From the NCBI GenBank assembly GCA_964619725.1, contig CAZUFC010000082.1:1-39381 (forward strand): 39,381 nucleotides of DNA, written 5' to 3'. The position numbers were made by a program, and so were the translations under genes. Within the stretch, counting starts at the first letter, position 1. Every line of letters starts with the position of its first letter. The notes beneath the pieces were generated by a model. That model was not told where the DNA came from. It ran no database searches and saw nothing but the letters and a program-made list of their open reading frames with translations. This DNA is from an uncultured bacterium (GTDB lineage Bacteria; CSSED10-310; CAZUFC01). Positions 18,842 to 28,626 of the stretch are shown in pieces.

Positions 18842-19948
18842 ATGAATTCAGAAAAGTCATTGTCTGCAGGTAAAAAAGTGATTTTTTCCGCGTTCGCGAC
18901 CTTATTGTTTTTTCTTTTTCTTGAATTATTCCTGAGAATTTCGGGATTAGGATCAGGCGTTTATCTTCAAGTCGTTCCTGAAGGCGGGCCTTCCGATCCG
19001 TCATTTTACCAACCCGCTGAGAATCGACTTTATAAGCTCCTGCCCGATTCACAGGGACAATACAAAAACAGGTTGGGCGAAAGCAACCCTTATCGCATCA
19101 ACAATCTGGGATTCCGGGGACCGGATATATCCGGGGAGAAACCGGAAAACGTATACAGAATTATCTGCCTCGGCGATTCATGCACATTCGGAGAAGGATT
19201 GGGCGGCGACACGGTTCCTTACCCGCGTATTTTAGAAAACATATTGAACGAATCGGCCAGGGGAGTTCGTTTTGAAGTCGTTAACGCAGGCGTTCCGGGA
19301 TATAACACCATCGACGGTTTCTATTGGATTCGGGATGAATTGATGACGCTTTCGCCCGATCTTGTCACTATCCTTTTCGGTTGGAACGATCACTGGCTTA
19401 CGGATCGCCCGCCCTACGAGGAAGCCGCAAAAAATTCCCGGGTTGTCAGGCTGCATGATATTCTTCATAAGCTGAACATATACCGGTTGTTATCCCGGAT
19501 GATCTACAGACTGCGATGGAAAAGTCATCAGGAACGACTCATGATCGAATTTGAAAATTCTCGTTTTGAAGTACTTCCTCATGAATATCAGACCAACTTG
19601 AGCGGCATGCGCTCAATGGTAAAGTCGGGCGGGGCCGACGTCATCCTTATGACTTCGCCTTCGGGCATCATGCCGGGGCATGAACCGGCCTACCTCCTCA
19701 AATTAGGCGTGATAAACAACCTCGAAACGCTTCCCGCTCTTCACGAAACCTATAACAACGTCGTACGCAAAACAGCGCGGGAAAACGGTGTTTTATTGGT
19801 CGATCCGGCAAAAGCTTTTAAAGGCCGTGAAGATGAATTTTTCGACGACAGATTGGTCGATCCGATCCATCCGAATTACGCGGGGCATCAATTTATCGCG
19901 CGAATGCTGGCTGAGGCCGTTCTGAAGAATTCTTTTTCCCGTTTCTGA
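18842..19948 (+). CDS. SGNH/GDSL hydrolase family protein, membrane-anchored
   Basis: N-terminal TM; NNLGFRG; block I LGDSCTFG; block II NAGVPGY; block III GWND; block V DPIHPN. Confidence 0.87.
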   Translation: MNSEKSLSAGKKVIFSAFATLLFFLFLELFLRISGLGSGVYLQVVPEGGPSDPSFYQPAENRLYKLLPDSQGQYKNRLGESNPYRINNLGFRGPDISGEKPENVYRIICLGDSCTFGEGLGGDTVPYPRILENILNESARGVRFEVVNAGVPGYNTIDGFYWIRDELMTLSPDLVTILFGWNDHWLTDRPPYEEAAKNSRVVRLHDILHKLNIYRLLSRMIYRLRWKSHQERLMIEFENSRFEVLPHEYQTNLSGMRSMVKSGGADVILMTSPSGIMPGHEPAYLLKLGVINNLETLPALHETYNNVVRKTARENGVLLVDPAKAFKGREDEFFDDRLVDPIHPNYAGHQFIARMLAEAVLKNSFSRF

Positions 19949-20065
19949 TCAAACATCTGCCGGGCGGGCGTCATTCAGGCCGCAAACGAGGCAACTTGCA
20001 GTAATGACCTTTTTATGATTATACTTCAATTGCGGCAATCAGACGCGAAAGGAGTTATTTTACGA

Positions 20066-20752
20066 ATGCTTGTTGGAGAACGGAAACCTATAAAAGAAAT
20101 TATGGAAATGATCGAGCCGTATGAGAGGCTGCTGGTTGCGGGCTGCAAGTCCTGCATGGCCGTTTGTTCTACCGGCGGCGAACGAGAGGTTGCTGAGACG
20201 GCATTATTGATCAGAATGCAGCGAAAAGCGGCGAAGAGAAGAATTGAAGTTATTGAGAAAACGATCGAGCGTCAATGCGAGCCGGAATTCGTCGATGAGC
20301 TGGCCGAGGAAATAAAGCGTGTCGATGCGGTATTGACGCTAGGTTGCGGAGTCGGAACTCAATTTCTTTCGGAACGCTACCGGAAAATACCGGTTTTTCC
20401 CGGCGTCAATACGATGTTCGTCGGAGGCACGAAAGAGCAGGGTATCTGGACGGAAAGGTGCCGAAGCTGCGGGGATTGCATGTTGCATATAACCGCCGGC
20501 ATCTGCCCGTTGACGCGATGCTCGAAAGGCCTCCTGAACGGTCCATGCGGAGGCTCCGTCAATGGAAAGTGCGAAATTGATTCCGAATTGGACTGTGCCT
20601 GGGAACTTATTATTGAACGCCTGGATGAGAAAGGCGAATTAGAACGATTTTTCGGTCACATAATACCTCCGAGAAAATGGAACTCTGCCGGTCACTCAGG
20701 ACCGAGAAACCTGGAACGAGAAGAATTGAAAGAAGTCAATGAAAAGCAATAG
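20066..20752 (+). CDS. metV: Methylenetetrahydrofolate reductase small Cys-rich subunit (MetV / MTHFR C-terminal-like domain)
   Basis: GCKSCMAVC, RQCE, CGVG, ERCRSCGDC, CPLTRCSKGLLNGPCGG, CAW. Overlaps metF. ATG 20066 with AAGGAG RBS. Confidence 0.82.
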   Translation: MLVGERKPIKEIMEMIEPYERLLVAGCKSCMAVCSTGGEREVAETALLIRMQRKAAKRRIEVIEKTIERQCEPEFVDELAEEIKRVDAVLTLGCGVGTQFLSERYRKIPVFPGVNTMFVGGTKEQGIWTERCRSCGDCMLHITAGICPLTRCSKGLLNGPCGGSVNGKCEIDSELDCAWELIIERLDEKGELERFFGHIIPPRKWNSAGHSGPRNLEREELKEVNEKQ

Positions 20753-21665
20753 CCGATTAGAAAAACTGCTGGAACAGAAAACTTTCGTCGTAACGGGAGA
20801 ATGCGGTCCTCCGAAAGGCCCGAACATCAAGAAACTTCACAATAAAACGAAATATCTCGAAAACAGCATGGATGCCGTTAATGTAACGGATAATCAAACG
20901 GCCGTAGTGCACGTCTCAAGCCTGGCTTCATGCCTGGTACTGAAGGACAGCGGCATTGAACCGATTTATCAGATCACCACACGCGACAGAAACAGAATAG
21001 CCCTGCAGAGCGATATCGCGGGCGCCGCCATGTTGGGCATTAAAAATATACTCTGTCTGTCGGGCGACCATCAGATATTCGGGAATCATCCTGGAGCCAA
21101 AAACGTCTTCGACATAGATTCCATCCAACTGGTGCATGTCGTTAAAACAATGCGCGATGAAGGACGATACGCCTCTGGAAGCAAAATTAAAGTCCGCCCG
21201 CAATTGTTTATCGGCGCAGCTTCCAATCCTTTTTCAGGTTCGCTGGACGTCAGAGTCTTAAGACTCGGCAAAAAAATTAAAGCCGGCGCTGATTTTATTC
21301 AGACTCAACCCGTTTTCAACATGGATGCCTTTCAGGAGTGGATGGAAAAAGTCAGAAAACGGGGATTGCATGAGCAGGTTCACATCATTGTCGGAGTCAT
21401 GCCGCTGAAATCGGCCAAAATGATCGATTATCTTCTTAAAAAGGTGCCTGGAACGGATATTTCCGACGATCTGCAAGACCGGATAAGGTCAAAGCCGAAA
21501 CCGGAACAGGGAAATGAAGGCATAAAAATAGCCAGTGAGCAAATAAAAGTATTGAAAGATGAACCGGGAGTTCACGGCATACACCTGATGACCGTCGGCT
21601 GGGAATCAAAAATACGGGAAATAATGCAGGATACAGGTCTGCACCCCAGACCCTCCGTCGATTAG
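20739..21665 (+). CDS. metF: 5,10-methylenetetrahydrofolate reductase
   Basis: ECGPPKG, NVTDN, RDRNRIALQS, LSGDH, GADFIQTQP, GIHLM motifs. Confidence 0.9.
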   Translation: MKSNSRLEKLLEQKTFVVTGECGPPKGPNIKKLHNKTKYLENSMDAVNVTDNQTAVVHVSSLASCLVLKDSGIEPIYQITTRDRNRIALQSDIAGAAMLGIKNILCLSGDHQIFGNHPGAKNVFDIDSIQLVHVVKTMRDEGRYASGSKIKVRPQLFIGAASNPFSGSLDVRVLRLGKKIKAGADFIQTQPVFNMDAFQEWMEKVRKRGLHEQVHIIVGVMPLKSAKMIDYLLKKVPGTDISDDLQDRIRSKPKPEQGNEGIKIASEQIKVLKDEPGVHGIHLMTVGWESKIREIMQDTGLHPRPSVD

Positions 21666-21842
21666 CCCGGACTTCTCCTGCAAAATCGTAGTGACAGCGT
21701 TCAGATTCCCGCAAATTCAAGCGCGGCGGAGTGGAGGACTGCTGAAACATAGCAGCGCCATGTTGAACAATTCCGTAGGGATCAGCGCTTGAAGGCGCCG
21801 TGATATTGACGCTCGGAACATCTTTTGTATCAGAAATGCGGG

Positions 21843-23645
21843 TTAATCCTCATTCCTTCGCGAAAAATATCCCAAAGCTTTCAGCCTTTCCTGCAATCCC
21901 ACGTCTATATCAGCCCGTTCATATTGTTTCTCGGATAGGGTACGCCAGATATAAACGCCCCCTTTTTTTGATCTTTTATCATCGTTGATCATTATCCGGT
22001 CGTTTACCGACGTCTTCGGATCGGGAGAACCGGAAGGGGATACTTCGAAAACGACGTCAGTGGGCGAAATGTATTCCTTTCCTATGAAAATGCTCTTCTC
22101 TGCATTTTCGCGTTCGGTTTTCAAATCAATTCGTATGCTCGCATCCTCCGGTTCCGTCTTGAAATCCGCTCCGTCAAACAAATCATATCTTCTGCTGAGG
22201 TTGCGGAAAGAACAGTTTATGCGCCTTTTATCCCTGGAAACGGTCATGGAGTCTTTACTTTCGAGCGAGTAGGCGGAAATTTCAACGAATCTGCCATCAG
22301 TCGTTATCTCCAATGAACATTCGAAAGGAAATCTGTTTCTGATATGCCAGCCGCTGCTGTTTTTAAGAAAATACTGTTCCGCCCGTCTCTGCAGTTCGTT
22401 TACTATATCACCTCTGTCATCAGCGATGTTTATTGTTTCGAGCGGGTCGTTCCTTAAATCGTATAATTCTTTCTTTCCCGATCTTCTGTCGAAGATGAAC
22501 TTCAAGTCTTTTGATCGAAAGGAGATGCATTCGCTGTTGGCAGATTCCGAAATGACGTATTCATTTTCAGGAATGACCTTAACCCGTCCCGCCTTCTGTA
22601 TATAAGGAAATAAACTGATGCCTTGTATCTCCGCCTCATCAGGCCAGGGTATGTTCAACGCATCGAGGACAGTGGGAAAGATATCGATGCTTTTCACCTG
22701 AGCCTCAAAAATTTTGCTTTTACTTTCCCTGGGGAGGGAATCCGGGAATTTGACGATAAGCGGAGCCAGGAGAGATTCATCATAGAGTTTCTGATTGTGT
22801 TCGAGGAGACCGTGTTCTTTGAATTCCTCTCCGTGGTCTGACGTGATGACGATGAGAGCGTCTTTCAAAATATTGAAATTATTCAGGGCGTAAAGGAATC
22901 GTGAAATTTGAGCATCGGAGAAGGTTATTTCATCTCTATAGAGGTTCAGCAGATGGTTTAAATCGCGATGTTCCATAGGCGTCGACATGTATCTGATGAT
23001 AGTCTCGACGGACCCGTCAATATTGCCGTCGTATTGCGGGTCATGAGCTTTTGCATAAGGGCTCGGTGCGCTGTACGGCATGTGAGGATCATTCAAATGA
23101 AAGAAGACAAAAAGGGCGCCGGCCTCTTTTTTTTCTTTGATGACGCTTATTACTCTTTCAAAAGCATGACTTCCATCCAGCTTACCCATATCGGCATAGT
23201 AATCGAACCCCTGATTGAATCCGAAGCGCGGATTCAGATAAGGATTGCTCACTACTGCGATAGTCGTATAACCGTGAGATTTCAAGTGCTCTGCGAGAGT
23301 CAACGCATCTTCGCTTAATCGTGAATCCGTTATATTTGCCTTATGGGTAATGGGATATTGGGAAGTCAGCATTCCGGCATGCGATGCCAGAGTCCAGGGA
23401 GCCTGAACGATAGTCGTCTGAAAAAGTACTGCGTTACGTGAAAATTCATCCAGGGCCGGCGAATAAACAGAGGAATTGCCATAGCAACCCAACTGATCGG
23501 AGCGTAATGTATCCACGGAAATCAAAATTATATCGTGACCGGGACCGCAGGAAATCGTCAGTAACGGCATTATTGATATAAAAAACAATATTTTTGCTGT
23601 GCCGAATCTCTTGATCTTCATGAAAAGGTTCGCTCTCAGTTTCAA
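21843..23645 (-). CDS. Sulfatase / alkaline phosphatase superfamily protein, possible lipoprotein
   Basis: ILISVDTLRSD, WTLASH, HLNDPHMPY, TSDHGEEF, ELYDL..DP.E, LKALGY. N-terminal hydrophobic stretch ending TISC. Confidence 0.83.
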   Translation of the reverse strand: MKLRANLFMKIKRFGTAKILFFISIMPLLTISCGPGHDIILISVDTLRSDQLGCYGNSSVYSPALDEFSRNAVLFQTTIVQAPWTLASHAGMLTSQYPITHKANITDSRLSEDALTLAEHLKSHGYTTIAVVSNPYLNPRFGFNQGFDYYADMGKLDGSHAFERVISVIKEKKEAGALFVFFHLNDPHMPYSAPSPYAKAHDPQYDGNIDGSVETIIRYMSTPMEHRDLNHLLNLYRDEITFSDAQISRFLYALNNFNILKDALIVITSDHGEEFKEHGLLEHNQKLYDESLLAPLIVKFPDSLPRESKSKIFEAQVKSIDIFPTVLDALNIPWPDEAEIQGISLFPYIQKAGRVKVIPENEYVISESANSECISFRSKDLKFIFDRRSGKKELYDLRNDPLETINIADDRGDIVNELQRRAEQYFLKNSSGWHIRNRFPFECSLEITTDGRFVEISAYSLESKDSMTVSRDKRRINCSFRNLSRRYDLFDGADFKTEPEDASIRIDLKTERENAEKSIFIGKEYISPTDVVFEVSPSGSPDPKTSVNDRIMINDDKRSKKGGVYIWRTLSEKQYERADIDVGLQERLKALGYFSRRNED

Positions 23646-23667
23646 TTTCCTGAACGCCGTGCAGAAA

Positions 23668-24942
23668 TTAAATTTCTCTGTTGTACCTTGCTCGGTAATA
23701 TTCCATCAATTCGTTCAGCGCTTCCTGGTCCGCCGCTGGAAGTTCAAACCAGAATACGCTGCCCTTCCCTTTCTTCGACTCGACTCCCAGCCGTCCTTTT
23801 ATTTTTTCCATGCACTTCTTCACAATCGCCAGTCCTATTCCTGTTCCGGAATAACTCTCTGAAAGCTCCAACCGGTGAAATATCTTAAAAATTTTATCAG
23901 CATAAACCTCATCAAATCCTATTCCATTGTCACGAATATTAACCCTTATCTGCCTGTCCTTCTGCTCGGACCATATTTCAACTCTGGGTATTGCCCCCTC
24001 AGGCACAAATTTGACCGCATTCGACAGGAGATTGACTAATATTCTTTCAATAAGTCCGTTATGGCCGATAACTTCATGCAGAGGACTCTTAACGGTGATC
24101 TCCGGATTTCTCCAGTCATAGTTTTCCTCTGTCTGTTTTATGGCTTTATCCGTAATCTGCTCCAAATTCACAGGCTTAAGGTTTATCTCTGTATGACTCA
24201 CACGACTGTAACTGAGCAAATCCTTTATAAGCTCCCCCATCCATTTTCCCGAACGGTCTATTTTCCTGACCAATTGCTGCCCTTCTTCCGTCAATCGATC
24301 CGCATGCTCCTCCATTAGAAAATAACAGAACCCCCGTAAAGCTCTCAAAGGAGCCTGCAGCTCGTGTGAAACCGAATAGACAAAAGACTTCAGCTCCTCC
24401 GTACGCTCTTCCACCATTTCTTCCAGAAGGCTTTTGCGGTCCTGAAGCGCTTGTTCCGCGATTTTGTTAGCGGTCATATCATGAATAATCACGTACCGAA
24501 AAACGGCCTGACCTTTTACTTCGTCAATAGAATAATGGTTTACCACAAAACGTTTCGTTCCGTCTTTACGGCTTATCCAGAATGATATTTTTCTGGGCGA
24601 AATACCACCCTCTTTGACTTTTTTCCACAGCTCAAGCAATTTCTGTTTATCTTCAGGAATGGCCAGATCAATGCCGGTCATGCGCATCAGCTCTTTACGG
24701 GGATATCCCAGAATTTCGCAGGCTCTTTTATTGGCGTAAACAGGCTTTCCGTTTTCAATGATTATCACGCCGGCCTGTATGTTGTCCGCCATCTTTTTGA
24801 ACCTCAAACGACTCTTTCTCAGGATATCTATGGTTCTGTTGAGTTCGTTTTCTTTTTTTTCAAGCTGAGCTACTCTATCTTTAAGTTCAGCGATTTGTCT
24901 TTGAAGTTCTCTTTTCTCTTCTCTGTTGTTTGAGAAGTTCAT
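23668..24942 (-). CDS. Cytoplasmic PAS-domain sensor histidine kinase
   Basis: N-terminal coiled coil, PAS domain, H-box SVSHELQAPLR, N-box NLLSNAVKF, DNGIG, GTGIGLAIV. Confidence 0.9.
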   Translation of the reverse strand: MNFSNNREEKRELQRQIAELKDRVAQLEKKENELNRTIDILRKSRLRFKKMADNIQAGVIIIENGKPVYANKRACEILGYPRKELMRMTGIDLAIPEDKQKLLELWKKVKEGGISPRKISFWISRKDGTKRFVVNHYSIDEVKGQAVFRYVIIHDMTANKIAEQALQDRKSLLEEMVEERTEELKSFVYSVSHELQAPLRALRGFCYFLMEEHADRLTEEGQQLVRKIDRSGKWMGELIKDLLSYSRVSHTEINLKPVNLEQITDKAIKQTEENYDWRNPEITVKSPLHEVIGHNGLIERILVNLLSNAVKFVPEGAIPRVEIWSEQKDRQIRVNIRDNGIGFDEVYADKIFKIFHRLELSESYSGTGIGLAIVKKCMEKIKGRLGVESKKGKGSVFWFELPAADQEALNELMEYYRARYNREI

Positions 24943-25158
24943 TATCCAGGACTCCCGTTCTGCGTCCTGCCGAAGGACCGCTTTTATTTTTTTAATTCAT
25001 TTTACTTGATTTTTCAATAAAAAGGCCGGACTCGTCCGTAACAGATACAATACAAGAGGACCGGAAGTTGACCTTTTTGCCTTGTAGTGTTATGAATTCA
25101 TCCTCGGCTTCATAGCCGAAAGTAAAAAAAAATTCCCGACAGGAGGGAATGAAAGGAA

Positions 25159-26475
25159 GTGTTGCAAATGAAGTCACTGATACGACGTTTGCAGAGCGGA
25201 CAATTACCGTCGGCAGTAAAGGCGGCTGCAAAAAATGAGAATGTATCAGTAGATTTTTTAGTGGAAGGTTTGCTGAAAGGAAGCATAGTTGTGCCGGCGA
25301 ATCCCAACCATGGGAATCTGGACCCTATTGGCATAGGCAAGGGCCTGCGAGTAAAGGTAAATGCCAACTTAGGCACATCGCCGGACTGTCCGCATGCGGA
25401 AAATGAATTGAAAAAGCTTCAGGCTGCACTGGACGCCCGTACGGATACCGTGATGGATTTGAGCACCGGCGGGGACCTGAATCATATTCGGTCGGTTTTA
25501 CTCAAGGAGTCCACCGTTCCGTTGGGTACGGTGCCCATTTACCAGGCCGGCATTGAAGCCAGGATCAAAAGAGACGGCATTGTAAAAATGACCGCTGATG
25601 ACATCTTTGAAGTAATAGAACGGCAGGGCCGTCAGGGCGTTGATTTTATTACTGTTCATTGCGGCGTTACACAGGAATCGCTCGAACGGCTGAGGAGACA
25701 CCCGCGCATCATGGATGTCGTCAGCAGAGGCGGCTCTTTTCTGGTCGGTTGGATGATCTTCAATCAGAAAGAGAATCCCCTCTATGAGCAGTATGATCGC
25801 CTGCTCGAAATAGCGGCTGAATACGAAATGACGCTGAGTCTTGGAGACGGCTTCAGACCGGGATGCCTGGCCGACTCGACCGACCGTTCCCAAATACAGG
25901 AACTGATTACGCTCGGTGAACTTGTCGACCGTGCTCATGAAGCCGGCGTGCAGGCCATGGTGGAAGGTCCCGGGCATGTGCCTTTTCATGAAATTGAAAC
26001 CAACATGAAAATTCAGCAGTCGCTGTGCAGAAAAGCTCCATTCTACGTCCTCGGTCCCATAGTCACCGATATTGCGCCGGGATACGATCATATGACTTCC
26101 GCCATCGGAGGCACCCTGGCGGCAGTCGCCGGTGCAGACTACCTCTGCTACGTTACACCCTCGGAACACCTGGGATTGCCGGAACCTCAAGACGTTAAAG
26201 AAGGCGTTATCGCCTCAAGAATAGCAGCTCACGCCGCCGACATCGCTAAAGGAATTCCCGGCGCAGCCGAATGGGATACGAAAATGGCACGCGCCAGAAA
26301 AGAACTGGACTGGGATACTCAAATGAAATTGGCGATTAATCCGCAAAAAGTCAAAGAATATCGCGAAGTCTATGAAAAAAATGAAACCAATGTCTGCTCC
26401 ATGTGCGGAGACTATTGCGCCGTCAAACTCATCTCCGAATACTTCAACAATAAGAACAATGAGTGCGATATATAA
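25159..26475 (+). CDS. thiC: Phosphomethylpyrimidine synthase (short-form ThiC family)
   Basis: KVNANLGTS, MDLSTGG, GTVPIYQ, VSRGGS, SLGDGFRPG, EGPGHVP, GYDH, EHLGLP, C-terminal CSMCGDYC. Start GTG 25159 or ATG 25168. Confidence 0.88.
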   Translation: MLQMKSLIRRLQSGQLPSAVKAAAKNENVSVDFLVEGLLKGSIVVPANPNHGNLDPIGIGKGLRVKVNANLGTSPDCPHAENELKKLQAALDARTDTVMDLSTGGDLNHIRSVLLKESTVPLGTVPIYQAGIEARIKRDGIVKMTADDIFEVIERQGRQGVDFITVHCGVTQESLERLRRHPRIMDVVSRGGSFLVGWMIFNQKENPLYEQYDRLLEIAAEYEMTLSLGDGFRPGCLADSTDRSQIQELITLGELVDRAHEAGVQAMVEGPGHVPFHEIETNMKIQQSLCRKAPFYVLGPIVTDIAPGYDHMTSAIGGTLAAVAGADYLCYVTPSEHLGLPEPQDVKEGVIASRIAAHAADIAKGIPGAAEWDTKMARARKELDWDTQMKLAINPQKVKEYREVYEKNETNVCSMCGDYCAVKLISEYFNNKNNECDI

Positions 26476-26537
26476 AACGAACGCTGCCTGACTATATCGA
26501 ACATCCAGGATAAAACTGTTTCTCTCTTTAAAAACCC

Positions 26538-26612
26538 GGACTGATTAAATGGGATTACAATTTTCACGAATCGCTTCTTCTCTTATCCAGGATGCTCCCT
26601 GTTATCCGCTGT
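26538..26612 (+). repeat. Type 2 element (partial/degenerate)
   Basis: GGACTGATTAAATGGGATTACAATTTTCACGAATCGCTTCTTCTCTTATCC. The first 21 nt match the type 1 terminal GGACTGATCAAATCGGGATTAC. Confidence 0.6.
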
Positions 26613-26767
26613 TCCCGCTGGATGTTCAATTGTTTCCCAAAACCCCCATAGTTTGTTCATCATCCGAATTTCTGCTGAAAAAACCGGCTCGAATTCACTC
26701 AAATAATCTATAATCAACCGGTTGATCAGTTTCTGACTTCCATTGGAATAGACCTGTTTTTCTGAAA

Positions 26768-27424
26768 ATGATTCTTAATCCTGAAAAACTTGAACTTATG
26801 CATTCCTTGTTTGAAAAACAGTACCCCGCGTTTAATGCAAAGTTCAACTCCTTTGTGACTGAATTGAAAAAATGGAACCGCGCCTATAACCTCGTTTCCA
26901 GAAAACTCGACGATCAAAGGATGCGGCGAATGCTCCTGAGGTCCCTGACGATAGTTCCATTGATCGATGTCCGCTCTGATACATCGATCATCGATGTAGG
27001 AGCGGGTTGCGGCAGAATCGGCATTATTCTTGCCTTGGCCCTGCCGACTGCAGAATTCATTCTTGTTGATGCCGATTTTAAACGAACGGAGTTCCTGCAG
27101 CACATCAAACGAAATCTCGACCTGGATAATGTCGAAATTATTCATAAGCGAATAGAAGAATGTCATTCGGAAAACCGGTTTTTCGATTATGCCGTTACTT
27201 CGGCCTTCGGCGATCCTCTCAGCGCGATGAAAGCCGCCTGGCCGTGTCTTAAACTCGAAGGAACTTTGATCATTCCTACCGGGAAAAACAGAGCTGAATT
27301 TTTTTCAGAAAAAAAGAAGCCTTTCGATTCTTATTCTGCTAATCTTATAGATGAGCGACAATTGCGATCCGAGTATGAAGGAGTCATCATCACACTGGTT
27401 AAAAAGAAAGAAAAACTCGCATGA
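26768..27424 (+). CDS. rsmG: 16S rRNA m7G527 methyltransferase RsmG/GidB-like
   Basis: KWNRAYNLVS, SAM motif IDVGAGCG, LVDA..KR..FL, RIEE. Somewhat divergent (lacks the usual H..DS and G.PG). Confidence 0.75.
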   Translation: MILNPEKLELMHSLFEKQYPAFNAKFNSFVTELKKWNRAYNLVSRKLDDQRMRRMLLRSLTIVPLIDVRSDTSIIDVGAGCGRIGIILALALPTAEFILVDADFKRTEFLQHIKRNLDLDNVEIIHKRIEECHSENRFFDYAVTSAFGDPLSAMKAAWPCLKLEGTLIIPTGKNRAEFFSEKKKPFDSYSANLIDERQLRSEYEGVIITLVKKKEKLA

Positions 27425-28503
27425 ATTTATGCGAATTCATCAGACATCGTTTGCTTATCATTACAGGAAAGGGCGGCGTCGGAAAAACCATAACGGCTGC
27501 CGCTCTGGCTAATGCCGCCTCGGAATCAGGTAAAAATACGCTGCTTGTGGAAAGCGGACAGGCGGAGCGATGTTCGGAAATTTTCGGTTCGGAACCCTCA
27601 AAAGGGGAAATAGTCGAAGTAAAAAACAATTTTTTTGCCCTGAGTCCCGATCCGGAAAAGAGCCGGGCCGAATTCGGACTGGCTGTTCTTAAAGTCAAGC
27701 TGCTTTATTCGACATTAAACAGGAGCTCCATTTTTAAATATTTTCTCGATGCCGTTCCGGGACTGAATGATCTCGTCCTTTTGAATACTCTCGCTTCTCT
27801 CGAATCGGAAAAAAAGAAAAAAAGCTACAAATACGATCATATCATTTTCGACGCGCCTGCAACCGGACATTGCGTGTCGCTTCTGAAAGCCCCCAGGCTC
27901 CTGAACACCATCGTGCGAGTCGGTCCCATTAAAACTATCCTCAAAAAAACGCTCAATCTCATCCATGATTCAATGCTTACATCAGTCGCAACAGTCGTCA
28001 TACCCGAACAAATGCCGGTCAACGAAACAATAGAATTACGGCAGACGCTTGAAAACGAACTGAGGGTCGCCGTAGGCCCCTGTTTCGTCAACCAGGTCCT
28101 GCCGGACTATATCGGCGGAAGACCGGTAACCGATCCCCTGGGACTGGAATTGCTGGGAGCCGCTTCATCCTCGCCTGAAGATGAAGATGATCAGGAACTG
28201 GAAAGCAAGGACAACGAACCCTCCTGGAAAAAATGGCGGGAAAAAATGAAATACTTCCTGCATTCCAGGACCTTGAAAAAAACACTCAAAGAAGAAAAAA
28301 TTTCCGATACGCTCGCTGCCGCTCTCGATTTCTACTCTAAAAGAAAACAAATGCAGCATTCTCATCTGAAAACCCTGGAACAAAACGACATTAAAGGCAT
28401 CAAGCTTGAACTGAGGAACGATCTGGACGAAGAAAAAAACGTCGTTTCCTACATGTCTTCTGTTTTTGCGGAGCTTATGGAAGCGCAAGTCAAAAAAAAA
28501 TAA
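27421..28503 (+). CDS. ArsA/Get3-like (SIMIBI) ATPase, subunit 1
   Basis: GKGGVGKT, VPGLNDL, FDAPATGH, PEQMPVNET. ATGA overlap with rsmG. Confidence 0.85.
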   Translation: MNLCEFIRHRLLIITGKGGVGKTITAAALANAASESGKNTLLVESGQAERCSEIFGSEPSKGEIVEVKNNFFALSPDPEKSRAEFGLAVLKVKLLYSTLNRSSIFKYFLDAVPGLNDLVLLNTLASLESEKKKKSYKYDHIIFDAPATGHCVSLLKAPRLLNTIVRVGPIKTILKKTLNLIHDSMLTSVATVVIPEQMPVNETIELRQTLENELRVAVGPCFVNQVLPDYIGGRPVTDPLGLELLGAASSSPEDEDDQELESKDNEPSWKKWREKMKYFLHSRTLKKTLKEEKISDTLAAALDFYSKRKQMQHSHLKTLEQNDIKGIKLELRNDLDEEKNVVSYMSSVFAELMEAQVKKK

Positions 28504-28626
28504 CCGTCTGCCGGCGGGACTCTGATTGAGGGATGAAAAACAAATTAAAGAATACGCGGAAAACAATCAGGATTGTCAATCAAATCATTATATATCAATG
28601 TATTATTGAGGCTTGACGGAAATATC

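Noticed and set aside
25498-26190. Long antisense ORFs (e.g. 25498-26190, 13397-14086, 33700-34302, 34402-34995, 30530-31150)
   Set aside because: They shadow well-supported genes on the opposite strand and have no recognisable motifs.
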